Source of the DNA: Macrostomum lignano
Taxonomy: Eukaryota
Direction of reading: 5' to 3'
Length of the DNA: 63,226 nucleotides
NCBI GenBank assembly: GCA_002269645.1
Contig: NIVC01004041.1
Location: 1 to 63,226, forward strand
Part shown: one piece after another, positions 1 to 31,400 of the stretch
Layout: every line of letters starts with the position of its first letter
How positions within the stretch are numbered: the first letter of the stretch is position 1
Made by a program: the position numbers and the translations under genes
The notes under the pieces: model-generated
Database searches by the model: none
Told to the model about the DNA's origin: nothing
What the model saw: the letters and a program-made list of their open reading frames with translations, nothing else

Positions 1-1121
1 TCCGTCACTGTCACTGCGTCAGGCTGAGCAATGAACAGCAGCTGACGGTCGCAGTGAAGGCCAAGATGCGCTGCTTCCAGTCGATGTCGCAGTGGCACCG
101 CAGCTTCTGTGAACCGTCCACAGACAGCAGCAGTAGGTGATCCTTGTTACTAAAGCAAAGGAATGATGCAATGATGCTGGGCTAAGGCAGAGCCTTGCTG
201 CAATCTACCGCTGAGTCGGCGGGAACCACACGGCCTGAGCGGTCACCAACGAATCCGCTGGTGTCGCTGCACACAGCAAGGCAATCAACGAGGCCATCCA
301 GCTTCACCTTGTGACTGAATACCATCGGCTCTTTCATTCTCTCTCTCTCAGCAGCAGCTATTTCTCTGTCTATCTCCTCGGATGTGGCGGTCACCGCAGC
401 GTCTCTCAACCAGTCACCCTGATCTTCACTGCGTCCCGCACAAATGCCGACCAGCCGCTCGAGCTGGCCCAGAAGCCGCACCTGCAGCTCCTCATTGTCG
501 CTCTGGTCTCTGAGCAGGCGCTCTGACCTCTCAAAGTCGGCCTCCAAGTCTCCAAGCGATTTGTGCATGGACTGGACCAGGCGAAGCAGCTCCGCCATGT
601 CGCCTGCAGCCTCCGCCGTGGCCACCTCCTGCTGTAGCTGGAGAGACGTCCTCGAGGTCCCGCTCGCACACACGACCACTGCCTCAAGCACACCTGAGAG
701 CTGGCCCGTCACCCTGCTACGAAACGAGTCGATGTGTTGCTGTACCAAATCGAATTTGTGATTGACCTCTTGCAGCTGCTGTTGGATGTCGAGAGCGAGA
801 CGACGCAGCGACTCAGCGTCTTGTCTTGGTCGCAGCAGCGCTGCACGGCTAGCTGCACCTTCTGCGCCTTGCGACTCTTGTGAATCTTGTGACTCTTGTG
901 ACTCTTGTGGCTCTTGTGAGTAGGCACGCAGCAGCTCTTCGACCTCCTCCTTGAGCTTGAATAGATTGGCCACATCGACACTGAGGTGTTGACTGCACAT
1001 GTGGCAGCGGGAGAACGGAGCCACACCGACTGCAGCTTGGTCGCAGATGATGCAGAGAGGAGTTTGGGGTAGCGGGAGGCGCGTCCGAACTCGAGCTGTC
1101 ACTGGAGTCTTCAAGACTCAT
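1..1121 (-). CDS. Zinc-finger (B-box-like) / coiled-coil / beta-propeller-like protein (TRIM-NHL-like), intronless here, frame-disrupted, runs off the left edge
   Basis: ATG at 1121 (MSLEDSSDSSSSDAPPA) follows an acceptor-like ctcctcacag. It shifts near 1066-1070 into ORF 182..1114: CIIC..CHMCSQH, long heptad-rich helix, then VKLDGLVDCLAVCSDTSGFVGD beta-strand-like text. The same frame continues past TAG 182-184 (PSIIASFLCFSNKDHLLLLSVDGSQKLRCHCDIDWKQRIL), and a further shift near 60 gives DRQLLFIAQPDAVTVT. Family call is by pattern only. Confidence 0.5.
873..917. repeat. 9-bp coding tandem repeat (gactcttgt x5; QES/QDS repeats)
   Basis: Five copies visible inside ORF 182..1114. Confidence 0.85.
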
Positions 1122-1652
1122 TGTTGGATTTTCTGTGAGGAGATGACTCACCAGTCAAATGCAATCAGTTATGCTATCCACAATTTCAGTGCTCAGTCAG
1201 GCAGCTCTTAGCAGCTATTATATAGCCTTGTATTCACAACACAATTTTTGTTTCACTGTTGCCATGGAAACCAACACAGAGTCAGTGTGTGCCTGCCTTA
1301 ATAGCAGCCCGCTACCCAAGGCCAGTGGAAATGTTTTCTTCTAGAAGACAAGATAATCAGAATTAAAATGTGTAGCTTTGAATTGAAAAATTCCAATCTC
1401 TCAGAATGCAGTTATTACAAAATTGCCATTTTAAAATACTTTTTAAACCATATTGGATCCAGCAAACTAAAGGCACTTTAAGTTTATCAGTGAGTGACAG
1501 TTGTTTTACAATGTCTTTTCATGGTATATTATGTATTTTGATATGTATATATTTGATGTTAACTGAGTGTAAGTCAAAAATCGCTGCTAACAAGGCGCAT
1601 GGTGCTACTACAGTATTCGATTAGCGATGATCAAAGGTGTGAATAGAGTATG

Positions 1653-11761
<10,109 letters not shown>

Positions 11762-12317
11762 AGTAGGTTGCAATGGTCTTATAACTTAAAACAATTATAA
11801 CAATTTGTTGCAATAAAGTTTGAAATTAGGAAATATCCAGGTGAACTGTTAAGAGCTGTTAGGGAAGATGATAGCGCTTGCTGATGAGGCTCTGCAGTCT
11901 CTCTCCGGAAGTAGCCACGCGCATTCGCTCGTGTTTAATAGAAAAATCCCCCCATTCTTCATCTGCAGCTTCCCTGTCCATACTGTCTCTCTCTCTATTC
12001 CATCCATTTTCTGTCCCTCTCTTTCCCCTTCCTCTTCAAGCTCCCCAATGCCCCCAGGTTGTCTCAAGGAGATCTTGCGACGTTAAACTTGGATTGGTAA
12101 AGGCATTTTCAATATTCTCCATCGTTATTCAGCTTCATTTTCAGGGACATAGTTGAGAAATTGATAAAATTTAAAAGATTCTCCATTTATGGCCACGGCA
12201 TAACGGATTTTGTCAATCCAATTGGGCAATCCGAGATATTTTCGTTCTCCTTGCGATTCTCGTTAACCTCCATCCACCTCGACATCACTCAGCCTCTCTC
12301 TCTCGTGCCTCTCTGTC

Positions 12318-20810
<8,493 letters not shown>

Positions 20811-21254
20811 TCTGGCAATTGAGCTGATGCAATTATTGCAGATCAATAAAGCGAAGAAGACCTCGCAGAGTGCCTCATGAATTAATCGAATCCGCGCAAG
20901 ACAGACAGACAGGACAGGCAGATACACAGATAGAGACAAGTCAAGGATGTCCTACATGGCCAACATGCAGCTTAGTTTGGGCTTTCTATAGCCCCGTTAA
21001 TTACCTAACTATACACAAGCATAACAAACATTTATCTGTACATTTGTATCTTTTGTAAAAAGCACTTCCGGATGGCACAGGCTTTAACTTAGAGAAGACA
21101 CGTTTGATACTTTGCACATGTTATTATGTCAAATAAGCTTAATATTGTAATTTTTAACTTTGTTTGCGATTATCACCCTCACTTCAAGCATATATAAAAA
21201 CATTAACTAAATATTTCATATTACCTAGATAATAGCTTATTAATGACCAAAATT

Positions 21255-21575
21255 TATGCTGCTTTATGACCAAAACTCATGTTTCTCAATCATGAACTAC
21301 CGTGATGTCTTGCTCTTTTACAATATGACCGAAATTCATGTTGGTTTATAACCAAAATTCATGACCAGAATTCATGCTGTTTTATGACCGAAGTTCATGT
21401 TGGTTTATGATCGGTATTCATGTCCTTTATGATCAAAATTCATGTTGGTTATGACCGAAGTTCATGCTGTTTTATGACCGACGTTCATGTTGTTTATGCC
21501 CGGAATTAATGTTGGTTTATGACCGAAGTTCATGTTGGTTGATGACCAGAACTCATGACGTTTTATGACTCAAAC
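21255..21575. repeat. Degenerate ~23-bp repeat (ttatgaccgaagttcatgttgg)
   Basis: About 12 imperfect copies. Confidence 0.8.
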
Positions 21576-22614
21576 TCACAAGAAACGACCGAAACAGCAG
21601 CAACATTTCTTTTGCATGGATTTCGGTGAAAGAATAAAATTGCAACTTGCTTCAACTGATTACAAATTGTCTAATAATAATTGTATTTTGATGCGAAATT
21701 TTAAATAACAATTTGTAATAGGCGGATATGGCTACATTAATAAATATTACTATATGTAATAACCAGTATCAAGTAAACAGTTTCGTATAAAAATGAATTT
21801 TCATGCCCTAAGAAACACACAAAGTACGCCTTGATTTCTTGGAATAGATATAGATTCAATTATTTATTTAAGCGCAGGACAGTTACAACATAAAACCAAA
21901 CACTGATTATACTAGATTATACTACTAAAAGATAAAATAATAAAAAAACCTAAACACCCAACGATCAGCAGTTATTGTTGCAAATTTTACCGAGGACCAA
22001 CTACTTACAGTAGAGTGATAACGTAAATTAAAAGTTTCACTAAGCTACTAACAAATGTTTTTTTTATTAAAACTAAGCTTCTATAATCTAACAGTGATCC
22101 GATTTTGTAAGCAATAAAGTTGCAAATTTAAAACTGGAAAATATTATTTATAAAAAAGTCTTTACAAGTTGCTAAGCTAACTGATGTGCCATGTTATAAT
22201 AAATTAATAATAATTAAACAAACATAAATGATAGAGTTATCACAGACTGACACCAAACAAATGACAAACAATCGGGTTGAAAATAATTTATGAAATATTA
22301 ATAACACAACAGAGTGCAGACAGTAAGACACACTCAAACACACACAAAAAGCTTGCAAGACTCCCAAAGCGATTGGAAAAGGAAACAGACGTACTTGGAT
22401 AAACACAAATGATAAACGAGAAAGAACAAACAAAAACAGTGTGTGTTTAACTATATATATGCCAAGAGTAGTATTGGATGCGTATTATGCATTAGAGGTG
22501 TGCAACAGTTACATAACTTGTATAGGTAGGCTTATACAAGTTATATATAAAAAAAACACAATCTGGACCAGATGAAGTATCGCAGTTAAAAATAAATAAC
22601 TATATGACAGTTAT

Positions 22615-22620
22615 TTTATT
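22615..22620 (-). terminator. Candidate polyadenylation signal (AATAAA) for PIP5K
   Basis: tttatt on + about 95 nt downstream of the predicted stop. Confidence 0.4.
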
Positions 22621-22713
22621 AGCACTGCCATTGACTTTAATTGCTATAGGTTGTATTCGCCTGGCTTGACTACTAGAACCTAAAACAGTAGCAGTAGTGT
22701 AGCTGAAATGTTT

Positions 22714-25700
22714 TCAGTCTTCGGAATCATCTAATTTAGTTGCGTCAGCAGTTGTCTCAGTTAGAGGTAGGTCTGAAATAAAAATATGGTTGAAAGTTGG
22801 ATTTTAAAATGTTATAAATAATGCTTCTCTATTTTTAGACGACAAAAGTACAAATCGAACTCGAAAAACATTGGTCTGTACTATACTATGTAAATTATTT
22901 GTGGGTGACGACTGGCTATGCGGCGAGTGTACATTGGTTTGGGGTGGTGGGTGAGGACTGGCTATGCGGCGAGTATACATTGGCTTGGGGTGGTGGGTGA
23001 GGACTGGCTATGCGGCGAGTGTACATTGGCTTGGGGTGGTGGGTGAGGACTGGCTATGCGGCGAGTGTACATTGGCTTGGGGTGGTGGGTGAGGACTGGC
23101 TATGCGGCGAGTGTACATTGGCTTGGGGTGGTGGGTGAGGACTGGCTATGCGGCGAGTGTACATTGGCTTGGGGTGGTGGGTGAGGACTGGCTATGCGGG
23201 GAGTAAACACTGATTTGGGCATCACAAATTATTCTTTAATAATAATCAATAACGTACAAAAGTTGAAAAAATGCTTCTAGTGATACAAAAACATTATTAA
23301 GCAGCAGATAGTTAGCTGAAAAGTTTACTATATCTATAGGCACTGCACCGAACTAATGATAGCTAAATTTCTACTACAAATTTAGAATTGATTTTAGATT
23401 TAATTCGTGCAAAATGACTCATTGTACTGTGATCAAAAAGTAGAAAATTAGAAAAGATAAGCGGGATTAATTAATTAATCAGATTAGATAAGCATTTTAG
23501 CAGCAAGCCAGTATAGACAAAGTAAGTATGTGAAAGTGCAAATCGTTTGTGATTAATTGATTACATTGTAGACAAAGCCTTTAATGGACAATTAAAAATC
23601 GTTTAAAGCACTCCAACTGCTTTAACTAATCTTACACCTTGATACCCAAAGTCAAATACAAAAGAAACCGTAAAAAATTATTCTTGTGTTTTCATTCAAC
23701 TACCTTATTATGTGGTGGATGCCCGACCAATAAGAATCAAGGATGGGCGGGTGGGTTTGCTGACTAATAGGAATAAAGAATAGGGCGGGTGTGTGTCTCG
23801 ACCAGTAGGAATGAACGAGTGGGGCGGGTGGGTGTCCCGACCAATAAGAATAAAGGATAGGGCGGGTCGGTGTCTCGACCAATAGGAATGAAATATGGGG
23901 CAGGGTGGGTTTTCTGACTAATAACAATGAAGGATGAGCGGGGTGGGTGTCATGACCAATAAGAATGAAGGATGGGGCGGGGTAAGTGTCCCGACCAATG
24001 GGAATGAAGGATGAGCGGGGTGGGTGTCATGACCAATAAGAATGAAGGATGGGGCGGGGTAAGTGTCCCGACCAATGGGAATGAAGGATAAGCGGGGTGG
24101 GTGTCCTGACTAATAGGAATGAAGGATGGGCGGGGTGGGTGTCCTGACCAATAGGAATGAAGGATGGGCGGGGTGGGTGGCCTTATCGATAAGCATGAAG
24201 GATGGGGCGGGTCGGTGTCTCGACCAATAGGAATTAAGGATGGGCGGGGTGGGTGGGTGTCCTGACTAATAAGAATGTAGGATAGGGCGGGTGGGTGTCC
24301 CGACCAATAAGAATGAAGGATGTGGCGGGGGGGGTGTCCCGACCAATGGGTGAAGGAAAGGTCAGTCCTCTGATTTAAATTAAAATTACAAGTTTACTAA
24401 GAGTCTTTCGTCAATATAAAATAACATCGTTTGTCAACAACTTTTACCGTGTGTATTCCAGATGCTCCAGCTCCAATTCCAACCACTGTTGATTATAGTA
24501 TTAAAGAAAAATATGCAAATGCACACATTTAGCACCGCAAATGCGATAATGACAACAAAAAATGAATAAACTGTTGGCGTGGCCTAAATGATAACACCCT
24601 AAACTAGATTAAAAACTAATATCCAATTGAATTTGAAAATATTTTTGTGCAATATTTTGTGCAGATAGGAGGGTATATGAAGTTATTAAGTATGCATTTA
24701 ACAGCTTACTACCTTATTAGTAGTACTACTACATATATAAGATTAACTTTAGTAATTTGAGTAGCTACTAAATATATAATAAAATTTCTATACCATGTTA
24801 TAATTACATGTAAAGGTAGTTAGTAAGTTTATAAATGCGCGAAATTCATACCACTACTACTTTTACTACTACTAATGCTGGAATTTAAGTAGAATATTAT
24901 GCATGCGGCATTCTAAGCATTAACTTATATAGCTGACCTAAATATATTAATCAAAAAGAAATTGTTATTAATCAGACAAGATAATATTTAGGCAACACAG
25001 ACGAATGAAAACAAGAAAAACAATTTAAAAAACTGGGGGAATCTACAGAGTTTTTAAAATGAATGTTGGATTTATAATTTGTTAATAGATAATAAAAATT
25101 ACGCCAGACGAAGAAAGCAGAGGAGAGACGTGAGACATAAGAGAGTGAGACAGGAGAAGGAAGAAAGGAGAGAAGAGAGACTGGAGTAGGGAGACAGGAG
25201 AGAAGGGAGACAGGAGAAGGGAGACAGGAGAAGTGAGACAGGAGAACGGAGACAGGAGAAGGGAGACAGGAGAAGTGAGACAGGAGAACGGAGACAGGAG
25301 AAGGGAGACAGGAGAAGGGAGACAGAAGAGAAGGGAGACAGGAGAAGGGAGACAGGACAGAAGGGAGACAGGAGAGAGGGAGACAAGAGAAGGGAGACAG
25401 GAGAAGTGAGACAGGAGAGAAGGGAGACAGGAGAAGTGAGACAGGACAGAAGGGAGACAGAAGTGAGACAGGAGAGAAGGGAGACAGGAGAGAAGGGAGA
25501 CAGGAGAGAAGGGAGACAAGAGAAGTGAGACAGGAGAGAAGGGAGACAGGAGAGAAGGGAGACAGGAGAAGGGAGACAGGAGAGAAGGGAGACAGGAGAG
25601 AAGGGAGACAGGAGAGAAGGGAGACAGGAGAGAAGGGAGACAGGAGAGAAGGGAGACAGGAGAAGGGAGACAAGAGAGAAGGGAGACAAGAGAAGTGAGA

Positions 25701-28170
25701 CAGGAGAAGGGAGACAGGAGAAGGGAGACAGGAGAGAAGGGAGACAGGAGAAGGGAGACAGGAGAAGGGAGACAAGAGAAGTGAGACAGGAGAAGGGAGA
25801 CAGGAGAGAAGGGAGACAGGAGAGAAGGGAGACAGGAGAGAAGGGAGACAGGAGAGAAGGGAGACAGGAGAGAAGGGAGACAGGAGAGAAGGGAGACAGG
25901 AGAGAAGGGAGACAGGAGAAGTGAGACAGGAGAAGGGAGACAAGGTGTGCAAGGGTCGCACACTAAAATTAAAGCCAGTGTTAAAAACTACATTAAAACG
26001 CCAGCTACAAAGTAGCAGAGATTAGGGGCAGCAGAACGTGAAGCACGGCAGCAAATAGCCCAGTAACTCACCGTTCCCGTGGCTGCCAGACCTGATCAAC
26101 AGTCTTGGTGTCGCAGAGTCCCACGGGGTCAAGTCGCGATCGTCGATGGCGCCGGCTGGCTGCGACTGCGGCAGTGCGGCGGCGGCGACTGTCGAGAGGG
26201 CGGAACCGCTGCTGTCTGTTGCGATGGGAGAAGGGAGATGAGAAACTATAGAATGGAGATAGAGGGATAGAATGAAGGGGGACAGGGGGATAGAATGAAG
26301 GGGGACAGGGGGATAGAATGAAGGGGGACAGGGGGATAGAATAAAGGGAGACAGGGGGATAGAATGGAGACAGAAGGATAGAATGAAGGGAGAACTGGAG
26401 AAGGGATGAAAGTATGAAAGGAGACATACATGTACGATTCAGACAGAGTCAGACACAGGAGAACTGGACACAGAGAGAGTCAGACACAGGAGAACTGGAC
26501 ACAGAGAGAGTCAGACACAGGAGAACTGGACACAGAGAGAGTCAGACACAGGAGAACTGGACACAGAGAGAGTCAGACACAGGAGAACTGGACACAGAGA
26601 GAGTCAGACACAGGAGAACTGGACACAGAGAGAGTCAGACACAGGAGAACTGGACACAGAGAGAGTCAGACACAGGAGAACTGGACACAGAGAGAGTCAG
26701 ACACAGGAGAACTGGACACAGAGAGAGTCAGACACAGGAGAACTGGACACAGAGAGAGTCAGACACAGGAGAACTGGACACAGAGAGAGTCAGACACAGG
26801 AGAACTGGACACAGAGAGAGTCAGACACAGGAGAACTGGATACAGAGAGAGACACAGGAGAACTGGACACAGAGAGAGTCAGACACAGGAGAACTGGACA
26901 CAGAGAGAGTCAGACACAGGAGAACTGGACACAGAGAGACACAGGAGAAATGAACACAGAGAGAGTCAGACACAGAACTGGACAAGAGAGAGTCAGACAC
27001 AGGAGAACTGGACACAGAGAGAGTCAGACACAGGAGAACTGGACACAGAGAGAGACACAGGAGAACTGAACACAGAGAGAGTCAGACACAGGACAACTGG
27101 ACACAGACTATCAGCAGTCCTCACCATCCAGTCCAGCAGAGACGGCCACGGCAGCCATCATACTGGCAGGCCGGAGACCATCGCTGCCGCTTAAACAACC
27201 AGAATCGTCGATAGTGGATGATCGACCGCGCGTCGCCGCGCGTCGCCTGCTGGGCGCCGATTTCATAGCTGGGCGAGGGCGATGGTAAAATAGCATGATA
27301 ATTATATCAGTGTTGCCTTTAAAATTACGCTCAGTTGAGCAGATATCAAATAAGTGAGATCTATGTGAATTAATAATTAAATAATTACACGTATATACGC
27401 GAGTGAACACAGCCAGCGATAAAACATATCTTATCTTATTTGAACAAGTAATTAACTGGCAGTTGTGGCAGAAAAATAATTTCTAGAAAATTTGTTAATT
27501 ACGAGTATAATTACAGACATTTTGTAATAAACAGGTAAAGCGATATTTAATAGGCCAATAAAAACTGAGATTATTTCTCTATTTTATTACCTTGACATTT
27601 ATAGGTAATATTTATATAGTAAGCCGTCAGAAAAAAAGTTAACGCACTACTGACTAAAGCAAATCTAATTCAGTAGTATAGATATATACGTCAAATTTTA
27701 AATATTAGAATATTTTTTAAAGAAAATAGACTCTACGCAGTTAAACGCACAGCGGTAATTCAATTAAACATTAATTTTGTATTGAAAAAGTATTAATCAA
27801 AATCTTACCAATCGCAGCTGAGGCTGTTTATGTTAATTTGAAAAAATAGGGCAATATTAACATTTTTATTTCTCTTTTAAAAAAGGCGGCAATGTTCGAT
27901 TATTCTACTTGCGCCCGCACAGTAGTTTAAGGCAGTAGTATACTATTTCTTCAATAAATTACTTACACGAAGACAATAATAAAGTGCAGCTAAATTAGCC
28001 CAACAACCAAAAATTTAGAAAACTATCTGACACAACAGTTACTGGAATAAACTTACGAAATATCCAATAAATGCAAATATTTCTACGAAGCATATAACTA
28101 AATTTAATACCCCTGTACATTGGAAAAACAATTCAGTTCTAATAAAAACAATACAGGTTTTTTGTCTGCC

Positions 28171-28203
<33 letters not shown>

Positions 28204-28431
28204 GCCTGTCTGTAGGGATGTATGTTTGTCTGTCTGTCTTTGTGTCTGTCTTTCTGTCTGTCTTTCTGTCTGTCTGTCTGTCTGTCTGTCTGTAGGGATG
28301 TATGTCTGTCTGTCTGTCTGTGTGTCTATTTTTCTGTCTGTCTCTCTGTCTGTCTGTCTGTGTGTCTGTCTCTCTGTCTGTCTGTCTGTGTGTCTGTCTT
28401 TCTGTCTGTCTGTGTGTCTGTCTTTCTGTCG

Positions 28432-28495
<64 letters not shown>

Positions 28496-31400
28496 CGCTT
28501 TTTTTAGATAATTTATTCTCTAAAAATCAGTGAAAAGTACCTCAACCATTTGTGAGTGTGATACCAAACACTCCCACTGTATACTAACAGAAAGAGACGA
28601 TAACTGATGGTCAGACAACCAGCATCCTATAGAAAGTACACACATTTAAAAGTGCCACAAATTAGGCTTAAGTAGGCATGGAACCTGATGATATATTAAT
28701 TAAGAGTGTTCAATAATAGTACTAATAGTAGTAGTGCTAGAAGAAAGTCAAGGAGTAAAAGAACTCAAAGTGAAAAAAACAATAAATAATAGCGACAAAA
28801 AACGATGGTGAAGTATATATCATTGCTGAACAATATTATGATTATTATGCCGTGTGCCACTGATAATCCATAATTGAAATATAAACTATATTGATGGTGT
28901 AAAAACTAAAGGTTTATTAACTAACTTTATATCATGATGCTACTAAAGACAAACACACTCTCGCGATGAATATTTTTATTACCGAGATTAACGATACGCC
29001 GGAATCGGAGCGCATTTGGTCCAAGCATGTGCGGCTCGTCCACTTGGAATTGAATTTCAAAATTAATAATCATAAACACTACTGAGCTAAGGATTTCAAT
29101 CAGATGGCAATTATGAAACAATGTGAAAAATTGTGGCAGGAGAATGGCACAAGAGAATGGCACAAATGTTGTGTGTTAACTATTAACGATATACATATTA
29201 GTATAATTATTATTTATTTTAATTTTTATTCTAGATGCTTGGGAGGTTGGTAGCCCAGCAACTGAGGATCTAGGAGGCTGGCCCAGCAACTGAGGATCTG
29301 GGAGGCTGGCCCAGCAACTGAGGATCTGAGAGGCTGGCCCAGCAACTGAGGATCTGGGAGGCTGGCCCAGCAACTGAGGATCTGGGAGGCTGGCCCAGCA
29401 ACTGAGGATCTGAGAGGCTGGCAGAGCAACTGAGGATCTGAGAGGCTGGTGGCCCAGCAACTGGGGATCTGGGAGGCTGGTGGCCAGCAACTGGGGATCT
29501 GGGAGGCTGGCCCAGCAACTGAGGATCCGGGAGGCTGGCCCAGCAACTGAGAATCCTGGAGGCTGGTCCAGCAACTGAGGATCCGGGAGGCTGGTCCAGC
29601 AACTGAGGATCCGGGAGGCTGGCGCAGCAACGGACACTCTGGGAGGCTGGCAAAGCAACTGAGGATCCGGGAAGCTGGCCCAGCAACTGAGGATCTGGGA
29701 GGCTGGTCCAGCAACTGAGGATCCGGGAGGCTTATTAGCATTGAGGTGGTGCAATTTGGAAACGAATAGGTTTTAATATAACAACTCTGATTGGCACAAA
29801 AGTATTTAGTGATTCCTCACTATTTTATAATATACATTTAAGCTATATTAGTTAAATAAAAATCTTGTAGTTACAAGACTCACACCAAAGTCACGTACAC
29901 TAACGCTCATTAACTCTTGCCAAAAATGTGCCAATTTTAGCACTTTAAATAACATTCAAACAACTCAACAAAATCCAATTGTGATTAGCTTGACAATTTA
30001 ACATTTACTATTCTGATGAACTAACAAAAAACAGAAAATTGAAAATCAAATTTGTTAGTAAAATTATTTTACAAAACACTTTGATTACATCAAAGTACTT
30101 ACAGCTTTCAACCTTTTTGAAGACGTCGTTCTTCAGATACAATTGAAATCTTTCAGAGTAGAATCTAGGATTGTGCACGCTCACTGTGTCCTGGATAAAG
30201 TTATTGTAGAATAAACTATAGAAACATAACCATACTGACAAAAAGCTTTTATTACGGTTAGTTAAAAAACAGCCGCCAAAAAACCCAATAGCAATATCAT
30301 TAGCCTTTAAACTGTTGCGATAACAACCCTTTGATCCATGCCGCCAATAACAACTCTTTGATCTATGCGGCAAATAATTTTTTTTGATCTATGCCGCCGA
30401 TAAATCCCTTTGAACTATACCGCCAACAACTTTTGATCTATGCCGTCAATAAAAACACTTTGATCTGTGCCGCCAATAAGAACATTTCAATTTATGCCAC
30501 CAACAAAAACCCTCTGATCTATGCCGCTAAAAACACCTTAATTTATTGTAGAGTGTTCTACCTCCCGCAAAGAAGTAAATTGACAATCGTAGAATGTTAC
30601 TATAAGTAAATAAGTGCACGCATGCGCACCTAAACTTTAAGGATGATTCATGTTACTATCTATAGCAGCAGAATGATTCATGTTACTATTTATAGCAGCA
30701 GAATGAATCATGTTACTATTTATGGCAGCACCATGGGTCATATTACTATTTATAACCACACGATGAATCATGTTACCCCTTATAGCGCAACGCGTGAATC
30801 ATCATGTTACTATTTTTGGCCCACAAAATCGTCTATAAATACAAGCGGTCCAAAGCGGTACCGGAGTTATTTTCCCCACGGAAGAGGAGCGCTCCGAAGA
30901 GGAAGCCCTTAGCGAGACTTCCTGGTTACCAAGTCAATCGAGACTCGGTCGAGTTGTTGCGGTAAGCCTTTCTCATTTGCGCCTGTGTTTGAGACGTCTC
31001 GCTCAAGTCTAGTGTGACTTGACTCTTGAGTCCATTGAGACTCCATTGGCAGTAGTCGCCCGAAGTACTACCCTAATAGATCTTAGAGATAACCGGAGCA
31101 TTACCTAGAGTGCAGAGAGGCACTACTAGAAGGAGAAGGCTAACGAGAAACCGCTATTCGGCGCAGGGATCCCATTGTTTGATACGAGGCTGGTCCTGAC
31201 TGAAGATACCCGCCGGAAGGAACTTCGTCGGAAGTGGAAGAAAACCTGGACCAGAAGCGACTGAAGAATCAAGGCGCCTGATCTACAAGATCACAAAGAG
31301 ATCCACGCGAGATCTACTCGAAGTATACAGAAGGGATATCTCCAAACGACGTCAAGGTAAGAAGTACCTTTAATTGATAACTTCATTATGCCACCAACGA

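Noticed and set aside
22901-23200. CRISPR-like array
   Set aside because: Head-to-tail 46-bp units with no unique spacers, no cas genes and a eukaryotic context; the same applies to all other arrays.
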